DNA of 64,000 bases from Macrostomum hystrix (lineage: Eukaryota; Animalia; Platyhelminthes). A model generated the notes under the pieces. It was not told the origin of the DNA, did no database searches, and worked only from the letters and a program-made list of their open reading frames with translations. Location: contig CATNEN010000003.1 of assembly GCA_950097015.1 (NCBI GenBank), positions 6,758,001 to 6,822,000 of the forward strand. Reading direction: 5' to 3'. Of the stretch, positions 24,040 to 37,114 are shown piece after piece. Within the stretch, counting starts at the first letter, position 1. Each line of letters begins with the position of its first letter. A program made the position numbers and the translations under genes.

Positions 24040-24159
24040 CTGCAATTGGGGATGTTGGGTCTTTGTAACAAATCTGAGGATTAAAGTTAATGACAAGGGA
24101 TTTGAGGTCAGGATCAAAAAGGGATTAGAGGATCAGGATTTAGAGAAGGAGGTTGGGTG

Positions 24160-24620
24160 ATTGGGATTCCAATATGAGATTAGAGGATATGGTTATTCTG
24201 ATATGAGATTGGAGAATTGGGATTCTGATATGGGGATTGGAGGCTTGGGATTCTGATATGGGGATTGGAGGCTTGGGATTCTGATATGGGGATTGGAGGT
24301 TTAGGATTCTGATATAGGGATTTAACGTTTGGGGTTCTGATATGGGATTGGAGAATTGGGATTCTGATATGGGGATTGGAGGCTTGGGATTCTGATATGG
24401 GGATTGGAAGCTTGGGATTCTGATATGGGGATTGGAGGCTTGGGATTCTGATATGGGGATTGGAGGTTTAGGATTCTGATATAGGGATTTAACGTTTTGG
24501 ATTCTGATATAGGGATTTAAGGTTTGGGATTCTGATATGACGATTTGAGGATTGGGATTCTGATATGAGGATTTGAGGATTGGGATTCTGGTATGGGATT
24601 GGAGGAGCCTTGGGATTCAT
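24160..24620. repeat. Minisatellite, ~28-bp unit gggattctgatatggggattggaggctt, in MYLIP intron 2
   Basis: Degenerate tandem array ending ~25 bp from the exon-2 donor. Confidence 0.9.
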
Positions 24621-24645
24621 GCTCAAAAGAATAAAAAAAGCTTAC

Positions 24646-25218
24646 CTTTCAATCGACACTTTGCAGTCCTGTCGACACAACCAGACTGCGCCTGGTCCAA
24701 CGGCAACGCAGAGCCGGCAGTCTTGATGGTCCTTGGCATCGTGATAGTGACTGCCGTACATTAAGAGGCCTATGGAGGCGGCCTGCATCATTCGATATTC
24801 GGCTGTTGACGAAGGCAAGCCGGATAATCCAGCGTGGAATTCCATGGCTAGATTGCACAACTCGACGAAGTCGCTCTCTCCGTGTAAGTCTTTGTCGCTG
24901 TTCCCAATAAAGTCAGTGTTGACTTTGTTCAATAGGCGACTAAGGATCTGTCTGTGATGCCGGGCCGATGTGACTTCGGAATAGTCGCCAAATTCAGCTT
25001 GGACGATCAGGGCTGTCAGCTGAGCCAGCAGAGGCGTTTCGTCTGAATCAGTGTCCGATTCTGAAGTCGTACTAGTCTGACTACTGACTGACGCACTGTC
25101 CCGACCATCGACTGAGGCAGCTGTTGTTGCTGCTGCTGCTGACCACTTCAGGTCGCTGTCCAGTAGCCAATGATGACGATCTAGTAGACGACTTTTAACA
25201 TCCAGGTAGACCTGGTGT
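24646..25218 (-). CDS. MYLIP: MYLIP-like, exon 2
   Basis: Acceptor cccgcag|A. Encodes HQVYLDVK...LTALIVQAEFGDY...YGSHYH...VAVGP (FERM F2/F3). Donor AG|GTAAG. Confidence 0.85.
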
Positions 25219-25372
25219 CTGCGGGTAAGGTGTTATCAAGCAATTGCAGTTGTCGCAAATTTGGTTTGAGAGATAGTTCCCCCCAGTCCATGGACTGAAC
25301 AGCTGTACGCAGCCTTTGGAAGCTATGTGGCTTAACAATCTGTCATGTTTGTATTGTATATGTTTAGTGACA

Positions 25373-25690
25373 AAATAATAATAATAATAATAATAATTGA
25401 TTACACCTGCCCCAATCGGGCCAGATGAGCAGCCGACAGCACAGCCGCAGCTATTGCGCGGCGCATCTGAAGGCTGCGTACAGCTGTTCAGTCCATGGAC
25501 TGAGGGGACGCCACACCCACCTTCAATTATCCCTGCTGATGCTTGTACCCATTTAACAGCTGTGTGAACTGAAGCAATGCAGAGTTAAGTGTCTTGCTAA
25601 AGGACACAAATTGTTTCAGTGGAGTCGGGAATCGAACCCCCGACCTTCAAGTCGTTAGTCCGACGCCCTAACCACTAGGCTACAACCTCT
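25373..25690 (-). mobile_element. tRNA-derived CORE-SINE (family A), full length, in MYLIP intron 1
   Basis: Near-identical reverse complement of the 42793-43122 copy. A/B boxes and (ATT)n tail. Confidence 0.9.
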
Positions 25691-25750
25691 AGCCTAGGGG
25701 TTGTAGCCTAGTGAGAAAAACTGTCATAATTAAAATCGCAAGTGTCTAAC

Positions 25751-26100
25751 CTGGTCTCCTCGAGCAGCATCATATGGGGCGGCACGTAGAACTTTACTCG
25801 CAGATGCAGCCTACAGACGCCGCCGAAGGCCACGGTTGGCAGTTGTTTGTACAATCGGTTGCGCATATTCAACCATAGCTCTTCTCGTTTGGCGCCGTAG
25901 TAAGTCAAGCCGAAATAGTTGACCTCCTGGAATACGCCCAGACTGTGACAGACTTTGTCCAGGCAATCCTGACCGTTGGCTCGATAGTGCAGTGAAACCT
26001 GCCGCAGAGTACCGTCTAGAAGTAGCACATCTATACGAAGACTGCGCTGACGTTGTCGGCCGCGATTGCAAGCCGGTTCGTCATCTACGATTGCGGTCAT
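25751..26100 (-). CDS. MYLIP: MYLIP/IDOL (Dnr1-like) FERM-RING E3 ligase, exon 1
   Basis: FERM F1 lobe: ANGQDCLDKVC...YFGLTY...LWLNMRNR...LRVKFYVPPH. Donor AG|GTTAG (phase 2). Confidence 0.88.
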
Positions 26101-26817
26101 TGCCAGACTTAGCAAGCAAGTGGAACTTTCAAGCTAGCAAATCCTTTTACCGTTGATTTCCTGTCTCTCGGTATTTTATATAGTTGGAATCCCGTACTAG
26201 TAAGTCAGTTGTCCCTCGCGTGGCAAAGCGATGTGCTTTTACTTAGTGAGTGCTTTCTTTGTCTCCTGTGCGTACAAACATTGCTGCCCCACGTACGAGA
26301 GCAATGTACACTCCACTCTCGTGTGTGATGGATGGGGTTTTCCCAAGGTCATCATAAAGCTTGTGGCATGCGTGTGGGTCGTGGAAAGCACGAAAAAATT
26401 GGCTGTAAGGAGAATCACACGGTCAGCGAGTGACAACATGGGCGGCCTAGGAGGAACCTTCATAGCTCAGTCTTATTTTTAGATTTCATGTCGAAATTTC
26501 GCAGTAAACACCCAATGAAAAGTTTGCCTTACTTTTAATAGATAATTAGATACACATGAATGTAAAGCCAACGATCGAATCGAAATAAACAGCCGAACTG
26601 TGCAAATAGCGCTGTACTTTGTATACAGACTTGTTTTGTACTTGTTTTGTCTTTTTTTGCCGGTTCGTTTCCACATTCAGTGCAAAGTCCTGTGTTTCAA
26701 TGTGAACTCTCCTGACCTATACTGATTATTTTGTGAAGCGGACCAAACGAAATTAACAATCCGAAAAAATGCATTATCGAACTTTCTAAACAATTCAACT
26801 ACAAATTTGTGTAAACC

Positions 26818-27171
26818 AGGAACCACTCGAAGAAAAAGGACGGGGACACTTCGTTTCCTGGAAAATTTATTAAAGGCTGATTTTCACGAAAAAATGCACT
26901 AGCGAGATAGGAACTTTTCACGTTTCTTTCACATGATTGGTTGCTGTTTTTATTTTTGAATCAAGCTTTCTAAATTTCGATTAAGCAACACATTTTGTAC
27001 GATATACTAAAATAAAGGCATTGAACAGCTGCTTTCAATAAAAAGTTACCAAACATTTTAATGTGAAAAACGTAAAAAGTTCCTATCCCGCTAGTGCATT
27101 ATTCCGTGAAAATCAGCCTTTAATAAATTTTCCAAGAAACAAAATGTCCCGTGCTTCTTCTGGTGGTCCTT
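26818..27171. mobile_element. MITE with ~110-bp terminal inverted repeats
   Basis: ggaaaatttattaaaggctgattttcacg...tgcactagcgagataggaactttt is mirrored by aaaagttcctatcccgctagtgca...cgtgaaaatcagcctttaataaattttcc. Confidence 0.85.
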
Positions 27172-28349
27172 GCTATAAACATGTATCGTTATGCTAATAA
27201 CACATTCCGGAAAAAATTACAGCATCTTTTAATTATAGAAATAATGAAACGAGTCTATAGGGGAATCAAGAGAATATTTGGTACTTTTTTGCATAACCCT
27301 GTAACCCCATTATTTTTACGAGAGATTTTTGTAACATTTCAAAGCCTCTACTTACAGTAGCTAGGTAAGGATTATTGAGTAAAACTTAAAGCAATCACAA
27401 GTGTTTTGTAACGCTAAGTTATTTAGTAGCTCGTAGATTCAATCAGATATACCAGGTAAGATAACGGAATTGAATAAAGTTCTCAAATGAGAGATTCAAT
27501 CGGATAAATGTTCACAAGGCTAAGACTGGGATACTACGGGATAAGGTTTTCAGAGGTTTGGATCTCAGGTGTTTTTGTCAAAACTTTTTTGTCAAAGCAG
27601 TAGAATGGAAGTCAAACTTTCCTGACCCGTCTTGGCTGAGAAAAAAATTTCTCCAATTTATACATCGAGTTATCAGGGTTTGACAGCTTGCAAATTTGGC
27701 CCAAATTAGTTTGACGAGCAACGAGGCAAGGCAGCCGGTGTTATTAAGCAAATATTAAGCAAGTGAAAAAATACACATTCAAATTCTGGGACCATTGCAA
27801 ACAAAACTATAGAGAAATTGGAAAGAAATTTGCTTTGGCAAATCGTGAATCCCAATTTTTTTATTTTCACCAGGAAGGAAGCTTCACTGTTGGATGTCGC
27901 GAAGGGGGGAAATCGAATAAAAAAACTTGCGTGCTCAAATTTGGATCGCAGTTGAGCAGTCCTATAGGCAGTTTCCAAGAATGGGTCAACAGAAGCAGCT
28001 CGGGCCCTGTTTGTTGTGCTACAAAGTTTTTCAAGCAATTTTCCCAGCGAATGCCAAATTCACACGGGTCAATTTGGGACGCCCAGTTTCTTAATCTTGA
28101 AAGCTTTTAAATTATGCAAGAAAACATTTTTAATGCTAGGAAAAGTCTAATCTAATGCTATAATAGGAGGGCATTTATGAAATCTAACACTGACGCGCTA
28201 TTAATTAGGAAAACCTTGCTGGATTGTGGATTAAATAGATTATCAAATAGATTACGTTTGATCCCAATGATTACCTCTAATCCCATAATTCCCTGTCACC
28301 CGATAGATTTTATTCGATCAAATGACCATCGGTCATATCGATCCGATCT

Positions 28350-28782
28350 AGCATCTCTGATCCCATTTAGCATCTCTGATCCCATTGTACATCTCTGATC
28401 CCATTGTGCATATCTGATCCCATTGTGCATCTCTGATCCCATTGTGCATCTCTGATTCCATTTAGCATCTCTGGTCCCATTGTGCATCTCTGATCCCATT
28501 GTGCATCTCTGATCCCATTGTGCATCTCTGATCCCATTGTGCATCTCTGATCCCATTGTGCATCTCTGATCCCATTGTGCATCTCTGATCCCATTGTGCA
28601 TCTCTGATCCCATTGTGCATCTCTGATCCCATTGTGCATCTCTGATCCCATTGTGCATCTCTGATCCCATTGTGCATCTCTGATCCCATTGTGCATCTCT
28701 GATCCCATTGTGCATCTCTGATCCCATTGTGCATCTCTGATCCCATTGTGCATCTCTGATCCCATTGTGCATCTCTGATCCC
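28350..28782. repeat. Minisatellite, 19-bp unit gtgcatctctgatcccatt
   Basis: Near-perfect tandem copies. Confidence 0.97.
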
Positions 28783-29196
28783 CTATAAAAATCGTGTATC
28801 CTATAGCAGGCATTGTATTCTCAGGGCTTAATTGATAATGAGAAAAGAAGTCGATTTCCTTTTTACCCAGTTCATTGCGAATGTTTATATAGTCTGTCAG
28901 AAGCTAACCGATTAACACCTGACTAATTGTTTGATTAAAATGAGTCAGCCAAATTTATTAGTCAATATCTGTGCGACTATAATTTAAGCTTGTTAAACAA
29001 GTTTCAGAAATTCAGACCTAGATCAGTTGAAGGCAAATGAGCAAATATGTAATTTTGAGAACTGCATGTATAGAAACGGCACATGTTTTGCTACACCTGT
29101 TATATAATATTTCTCTACTAAAACACTTATCACCTGTCATGTATGTGTTCAAATGTGTACATAAGCTTGTAACTCATATTAACAAAATTAATGAAG

Positions 29197-29410
29197 GGAG
29201 TTGTAGTCGAGTGGTTAGGTAGTCGGGAGTTCGATTCCTGTCACTGGACAAATTGGTCCTTAAGAAAAACAGTTAACTCTGAATTACCTCAGTTGACCCA
29301 GTCGTTAAATTGATTCCGCTATTAGCTATATCAATTGAGGGTGGGTGTGGCGTTCCCCCAGTCCATGGACTGAACGCCGTACGCAGCGTTTTGGGGCAGG
29401 TGTAAATCAA
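29197..29410 (+). mobile_element. Degenerate, internally deleted copy of CORE-SINE family A
   Basis: Shares the head (gttgtagtcgagtggttagg...gttcgattcc), a CORE-like block, ccagtccatggactgaac, and the ggggcaggtgtaa end. Confidence 0.75.
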
Positions 29411-30132
29411 CTAGTTTTTCTCATTGTCTTTCACAGTAGACAAATTCTAACTTTCAGAATTTTCAATTTTCTCAGTGTAACTTAGCAACTAAAAACTAGC
29501 TGCTGAATTTTAAAGAAATAAAAGCTTGTTTGCTCTAAAGTCCCCGAGTCCTCAGATCCACGCCTTTCAGTTTGTATTTTAACATTAAACACACATAGCA
29601 AGGAGAGACATGTGCTCAGAAAATTCAATGTTTTTAGCCCATGACAAAATAATAATTATTATTGAACGCTGCTCATGGGCTCGTGAAGTTAGGCCAAAAA
29701 TGAGCAAATATATCTGAGAAGAAAGACAGAAAGCGAGAGAAATTTAACTCTGTTTGGGAAGCAAAGCAAGGCCCAACCAACCTCAACGCAAAGCAAATTT
29801 TTCAAGTCAGTTTAACACCTATTGTGCCAACACTGCCTATAGCTGAATATGTGTTTTCATATGTCTTTCAGTTTGCATAGTGAATATAATAGAGCTAAAA
29901 TTTTTCAACGGCAAAAATTAAGAATGAAAGAGCAAGACTCTGCAGTTGGGAGAAATTGAAGGGGCATCCCTGCTTTGTCCAAAGTATGTCAACTATTCCC
30001 ATGCAAGAGTGTGTTGAATATCCTCTGAAAACTAACTCAACCTTTTTTTCAGACGTAAAGATCTCTAGTCTTCTCTATGAGACTGACGTGAGATTATGAA
30101 TGAAGACAAATTCATACGTTGATACCATAGAT

Positions 30133-30737
30133 CAGAGTTCGGCAACGGCAACATTGTAGACTTCGCCGGCCAAAGAAAGAATCTGAAAGACGACAGCGGG
30201 CCGCTGTCGGCGACAGTTGATCTAGCGACTAGATTGAGATGAGATGGCGAAGAGATAAAACAAGGGAGAGATTAGACGCGGGAGAGATGAGACAGTAGAT
30301 AGATAAGACAGTGAGAGATGAAACAACGGAGAGGTGAGACTGTGTAGAGATGACTCAGGGGAGAGATGGAACAAGAGAGTCGAGACAAGAGAGAGTTGAG
30401 ACAGTGGAGAGATGAGACAGTGAAGAGGTGAGGCAGTGGAGAGGTGAGACAGGGGAGAGATGAGACAAGGGAGATATGACACGGGAGAGATGAGACAGGG
30501 GAGACGTGAGACAGTGGAGAGGTGAGACAGCCACAGTGGAGAGGTGAGACAGGGGAGAGGTGAGACAGTAGAGAGGTGAGACAGTGGAGAGGTGAGACAA
30601 GGGAGATATGACACAGGAGAAATGAGACAAAGGAGAGATAAGACAAAGGAGAGATGAGACGGTAGATTATGTCCCGAATTAGTATAGCTTCGAGAGCCAC
30701 ATTGGCCCGCGGGCCGAAGCTAGGCCTGTCCCAGCTG
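30133..30737. mobile_element. hAT-type non-autonomous element carrying an internal minisatellite
   Basis: Perfect 8-bp TSD ccatagat (30125-30132 and 30738-30745). Termini CAG...CTG. Subterminal palindrome ggcccgcgggcc, as commonly seen in hAT MITEs. Confidence 0.75.
30232..30665. repeat. Degenerate GA-rich minisatellite, ~16-bp unit gtggagaggtgagaca
   Basis: Tandem copies inside the hAT element. Confidence 0.85.
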
Positions 30738-32499
30738 CCATAGATTTATATAGAAAATACACTTTTTGCTCGGCGCTTCCATAGGCTCTGTACAGCTGTT
30801 TCAGTCCATGGACTGGTAAGGTTGCTACAAAAGCCCAAATTTCTTGCCCCAGTATATTTGAATTCTAACTCGGTATGAATATGAAGACTAACAATAGCTT
30901 GTCCCCAATTATTCTTCCTTAATTTGGTTTTCCTAAATGAATTTATTGAAAAAATATTTTTCAGCTTAATCTTAAGGCTCCATTATTCATTTATTAATCG
31001 GGTTATTTAGAGTATACATTTCGAGCTTGGATACATTTAATTACTTTGTTATATTTTGTAGACACGTGCCCTTCTTCTTCAGTTTGTCTAGTTCGCCTTC
31101 ACCTATAGTTTAATTCTTTAGTTCAACTGTTCACGGAAATAGGGTCAAATTTCATCAGATTAAATAAAAATAAGATAAAACCGGTCTGGGCTCTATCACT
31201 CGCTTTGATTGGTCAGTCTCACACCCATGGCCTCTCACCCTCTGTCCCGCACACTTTATTGACTTCACACTACACCCCCCCATGTTTCTAAAAATAGATT
31301 GCGAAGTCCTTGAGCCCTATTACTGCCCAGTAAGGTCTCTGACAAGAATATGGCTTCAAGCCAGTTCTAAATAAATGTGACATTTTATTTCAATTTAGTA
31401 TTATTTTTATTGATTTATAGAGTTTACAAAAACAAACAATAACCCTGACTGAATAAGGACATGAAAATTTCCAGTGCAAGTTCTAAAGTTTGTACCAGAC
31501 TCCTAAAATAAACTTAGTCTGGACTATACATAACTGGTCATTATAGCTTAGTGTGCCGACCGACCTAGGGGCCGGGGCAGTCAAAGTAGTTGAATCATAT
31601 TTCGTTTAATATAATAATACTACTACTGCATATAAACAAAACAACTAAAAATACTTGCGATATTTCCGTTTATAAATATAATAATTCAGTAATATTTACG
31701 TATAGAATAAATAAATACAATAGCTTTTAGATTTGTAGGCTTTCGAACGCATTGCAGCCATCCAGACCAGAGCCAAAGTGTGACATCTCTCTTCAACGAA
31801 AACGATCCATCAGAAAATATTTTTTTCAAGTCTGGAACGTTTTGATATATAATCAAACACGATCTTTCATCCCTTGTATTATTATATACTCTCTGTGTTG
31901 TTCTAATATATAAACGTAGTCTCTCTGTGTAGAGAATTTTTCATGACAGGGAATATAGAGGCTGCAGGACAAAACCGATGTCACATGCCATTCTGTTGTA
32001 CACACCACCATTGACTGACGTCAGACTGACACACAATGCAGTGCACGCGACACACAACACGGTTCCCCCACAATGCATAGTTGATATTATAATAAAGATA
32101 TATATGTATGTTTCCTATAACACTGTTTGTGTTCCGCTCGCATCAGTTTGTGTTGAATGCTATCGCTTGGATAGGATTTTGTGCTCGGATGTAAAATGAT
32201 GTCGGATTTGCCTATATCCATACTTTCGAAGCTATGGGTTGGTGAAGGAATGCCATGCTGTGTATACACAGCATGGTGCGCATTTTTATACTCGTCAAAT
32301 TTCTGCCACCACCCTATTATAAGGGATTTTTAAGGGTCAGTCAGAAGCAGCCTATCGTATCCTGCTGATTGACGTGATCAACAGTTCATTCACAGGGTGA
32401 AATTTCGTTAGATCTGTTCAGTTTTGTGTGCGTAACTTTGTTTAACCGACTTTATTGCTTTCGAACGGCAAATAGCTGTCTTTTATTGTATTGGATCTG

Positions 32500-33770
32500 T
32501 GACAGGTTCTTATGATAATAACCAACAGGTTTCTTGATCAAGAACCAACAGGTTTCTTGATAAGAAACAACAGGTTTCTTGATAAGAACCAACAGGTTTC
32601 TTGATAAGAACCAACAGGTTTCTTGATAAGAACCAACAGGTTTCTTGATAAGAACCAACAGGTTTCTTGATAAGAACCAACAGGTTTCTTGATAAGAACC
32701 AACAGGTTTCTTGATAAGAACCAACAGGTTTCTTGATAAGAACCAACAGGTTTCTTGATAAGAACCAACCGGTTTCTTGATAAGAAACAACAGGTTTCTT
32801 GATAAGAACCAACAGGTTTCTTGATAAGAACCAACAGGTTTCTTGATAAGAACCAACAGGTTTCTTGATAAGAACCAACAGGTTTCTTGATAAGAACCAA
32901 CAGGTTTCTTGATAAGAACCAACAGGTTTCTTGATAAGAACCAACAGGTTTCTTGATAAGAACCAACAGGTTTCTTGATAAGAACCAACAGGTTTCTTGA
33001 TAAGAACCAACAGGTTTCTTGATAAGAACCAACCGGTTTCTTGATAAGAAACAACAGGTTTCTTGATAAGAACCAACAGGTTTCTTGATAAGAACCAACA
33101 GGTTTCTTGATAAGAACCAACAGGTTTCTTGATAAGAACCAACCGGTTTCTTGATAAGAAACAACAGGTTTCTTGATAAGAACCAACAGGTTTCTTGATA
33201 AGAACCAACAGGTTTCTTGATAAGAACCAACAGGTTTCTTGATAAGAACCAACAGGTTTCTTGATAAGAACCAACAGGTTTCTTGATAAGAACCAACAGG
33301 TTTCTTGATAAGAACCAACAGGTTTCTTGATAAGAACCAACAGGTTTCTTGATAAGAACCAACAGGTTTCTTGATAAGAACCAACAGGTTTCTTGATAAG
33401 AACCAACAGGTTTCTTGATAAGAACCAACCGGTTTCTTGATAAGAAACAACAGGTTTCTTGATAAGAACCAACAGGTTTCTTGATAAGAAACAACAGGTT
33501 TCTTGATAAGAACCAACATCTTTCTTGATAAGAACCAACAGGTTTCTTGATAAGAAACAACAGGTTTCTTGATAAGAAACAACAGGTTTCTTGATAAGAA
33601 CGAACAGGTTTCTTGATAAGAACCAACAGGTTTCATGATAAGAAACAACAGGTTTCTTGATAAGAAACAACAGGTTTCTTCATAAGAACCAACAGGTTTC
33701 TTGATAAGAAACAACAGGTTTCTTGATAAGAACCAACAGGTTTCTGATAAGAAACAACAGGTTTCATGAT
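32500..33770. repeat. Minisatellite, 22-bp unit aagaaccaacaggtttcttgat, ~57 copies
   Basis: Near-perfect array. Source of the 362-420 aa repetitive ORFs. Confidence 0.98.
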
Positions 33771-34182
33771 TCGAATTCGAATTCTTCCAACAAGGTCAAA
33801 AAGGGTCAGATCGAACATCTTTATCTCTTCACGATGATGCAACAGAAGTTTAGCACAATGGCACATTTTTGCCGCTATGTTACATCATTTTGGGAGACAG
33901 AAATAAGGTTGCTTTTTGTGCCACTTTTGTCTTCCATTCATCACCCAATAGCAGATTTCCATCATGACTACATTGCTATATTAAAGAGTTTGGAAGCGGG
34001 TCGCACTGTGGTTGCATCTTGTAAATAAAATCTTGCAATTCGACTGGTTTTCAGGAAAGTATATGACATCGCCTTGGAGGTCAAATCCATTTGACAACCA
34101 ATCCGACATGACAGATGCTGCCATACAGGCTAACACATCAGCTCCTGATTGTTGTGAATATTTCTCATACCAAAATGAAAAG

Positions 34183-34318
34183 CAGTGGGTCATGCAGTCA
34201 GTGGATCATGCAGTCAGTGGGTCATGCAGTCAGTGGGTCATGCAGTCAGTGGGTCATGCAGTCAGTGGGTCATGCAGTCAGTGGGTCATGCAGTCAGTGG
34301 GTCATCCAGTCAGTGGGA
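34183..34318. repeat. Minisatellite, 16-bp unit cagtgggtcatgcagt
   Basis: About 8 tandem copies. Confidence 0.92.
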
Positions 34319-34350
34319 CTAGCTCACAAGGACCCACAATGTACATGGTT

Positions 34351-34750
34351 CACTGAGTCCATCATGACCCACTGAGTCCATCAGCACCCACTGAGTCCAT
34401 CATGACCCACTGAGCCCATCATGACTGGCTGAGTCCATCATGACCCACTGAGTCCATCATGACTGGCTGAGTCCATCATGACCCACTGAGTCCATCATGA
34501 CTGGCTGAGTCCATCATGACCCACTGAGTCCATCATGACTGGCTGAGTCCATCATGACTGGCTGAGTCCATCATGACTGGCTGAGTCCATCATGACCCAC
34601 TGAGTCCATCATGACTGGCTGAGTCCATCATGACTGGCTGAGTCCATCATGACCCACTGAGTCCATCATGACTGGCTGAGTCCATCATGACCCACTGAGT
34701 CCATCAGCACCCACTGAGTCCATCATGACCCACTGAGTCCATCATGACCC
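34351..34750. repeat. Minisatellite, 19-bp unit ctgagtccatcatgac(cca/tgg)
   Basis: About 21 copies with two alternating variants. Confidence 0.95.
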
Positions 34751-35280
34751 TACTGACATCATCAGAACACATAATTCGTAAGTAATTTTTCGATTTTGGT
34801 AAGCTGTGTTCAATACTATGTCCATATAGTTCATTGTGTGTGCAGTGGACCGATGCTAGTATAGCAGTTTATTTGGTTACATTTTGTATCCTCCAATTCA
34901 GCCACACGCATAAATAGTTTCAGTTGACATTATGAAATCTTTCTGCACTAATCGCGCGGTGTTAAGATAACAATTTTTTCTGTGCAATATTTACATCTGC
35001 ACTCCGCACAGTCGGTGGTCCCTCAACCGTGATGACCGCAATCCCAAAATAAATATAAATAAGTAAATGCAATGGCCACTGCCGACTTTTTTGTTGAACT
35101 TTCTTTCATTTTTCGGTCGAGTTTTTTCGGCTCGGTCATTTATTTATGTCCAAACCCAAAGCCGGGCTCGCAATTTTAAAATGGTTACTCAATCTGCTGC
35201 TACTTCCTGAAATTCTCCCCATAGTGAACTTAGGATGAGAATGCAGAATGCTGTGATTGTCGATCTCCAGCTACAGAAAT

Positions 35281-36605
35281 CATAGGATTTCTGTTGATTT
35301 CTCATGGGATTTCTGTTGATTTCTCATGGGATTTCTGTTGATTTCTCATGGGATTTCTGTTGATTTCTCATGGGATTTCTGTTGATTTCTCATGGGATTT
35401 CTGTTGATTTCTCATGGGATTTCTGTAGATTTCTCATGGGGTTTCTGTAGATTTCTCATGGGATTTCTGTTGATTTTCCATGGGATTTCTGTAGATTTCT
35501 CATGGGATTTCTGTAGATTTCTCATTTCTATAGATTTCTCATGGGATTTCATTAGATTTCTCATTTCTGTAGATTTCTCATGGGATTTCTGTAGATTTCT
35601 CATGGGATTTCATTAGATTTCTCATTTCTGTAGATTTCTCATTTCTGTAGATTTCTCATGGGATTTCTGTAGATTTCTCATGGGATTTCATTAGATTTCT
35701 CATTTCTGTAGATTTCTCATGGGATTTCTGTTAATTTCTCATGTGATTTCATTAGATTTCTCATTTCTGTAGATTTCTCATGGGATTTCATTAGATTTCT
35801 CATTTCTGTAGATTTCTCATGGGATTTCTGTTGATTTCTCATGGGATTTCTGTTGATTTTCCATGGGATTTCTGTAGATTTCTCATGGGATTTCATTAGA
35901 TTTCTCATTTCTGTAGATTTCTCATGGGATTTCTGTAGATTTCTCATGGGATTTCTGTAGATTTCTCATGGGATTTCATTAGATTTCTCATTTCTGTAGA
36001 TTTCTCATGGGATTTCTGAGATTTCTCATGTGATTTCATTAGATTTCTCATTTCTGTAGATTTCTCATGGGATTTCTGTTGATTTCTCATGTGATTTCAT
36101 TAGATTTCTCATTTCTGTAGATTTCTCATGGGATTTCATTAGATTTCTCATTTCTGTAGATTTCTCATGGGATTTCATTAGATTTCTCATTTCTGTAGAT
36201 TTCTCATGGGATTTCTGTAGATTTCTCATTTCTGTAGATTCCTCATGGGATTTCTGTAGATTTCTCATGGGATATCTGTAGATTTCTCATGGGATTTCTG
36301 TAGATTTCTCATGGGATTTCCGATGATTTCTCATGGGATTTCCGATGATTTCTCATGGGATTTCCGATGATTTCTCATGGGATTTCCGATGATTTCTCAT
36401 GGGATTTCCGATGATTTCTCATGGGATTTCTGTTGATTTCTCATGGGATTTCAGTTGATTTCTCATGGGATTTCTGATGATTTCTCATGATATTTCCGTT
36501 GATTTCTCATGGGATTTCAGTAGATTTCTCATGGGATTTCTGATGATTTCTCATGATATTTCCGTTGATTTCTCATGGGATTTCAGTAGATTTCTTATGG
36601 GATTT
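35281..36605. repeat. Minisatellite, 22-bp unit gggatttctgt(t/a)gatttctcat, with shorter variants
   Basis: Tandem array with regional sub-variants. Confidence 0.96.
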
Positions 36606-37114
36606 TATAGCAGCTTAATTTGGACCTGAATAGTTTAAAGTGTGAAACGCATAATGTGAAAATCGCCTCTATCCCATTGGTTGGTATATTGCAGTCTGTT
36701 GTCTGTATATTTAACTTTCTAACACAGATTTATTTTTAGCAAACACTATATATACTCGTATATTGAATTATTCTGTCTAAAGTCTTCAGCCATATTCAAT
36801 GTTTATTTATTTATACGGCTTTTAGGCTTCGCAGACACACCGAGACGCACCAAGCGAAGCTACACGTGTACCAGCAAAGTGCCAAAGTATATATAATAAT
36901 GATTTGGCGACCTTTTCATTAATTATACTTATTATATATGTGTATATATATAGAAAACTGCGAAAATGAATAGATAAATCTGCTGCCTCAGGCATCATAG
37001 GTGGGCGATCAAGGTGAGAGATTTGAGGTGGAGGCTGCGTGGTGATGATGATTAAGAAAATAAAGCTGAAACGAGGCGAAAGGAATAAATGGAATGAATA
37101 GAGACGACTGGGAG

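Noticed and set aside
27400-28110. Coding-like ORFs on both strands, possibly a decayed TE
   Set aside because: No recognisable motif or splice structure.
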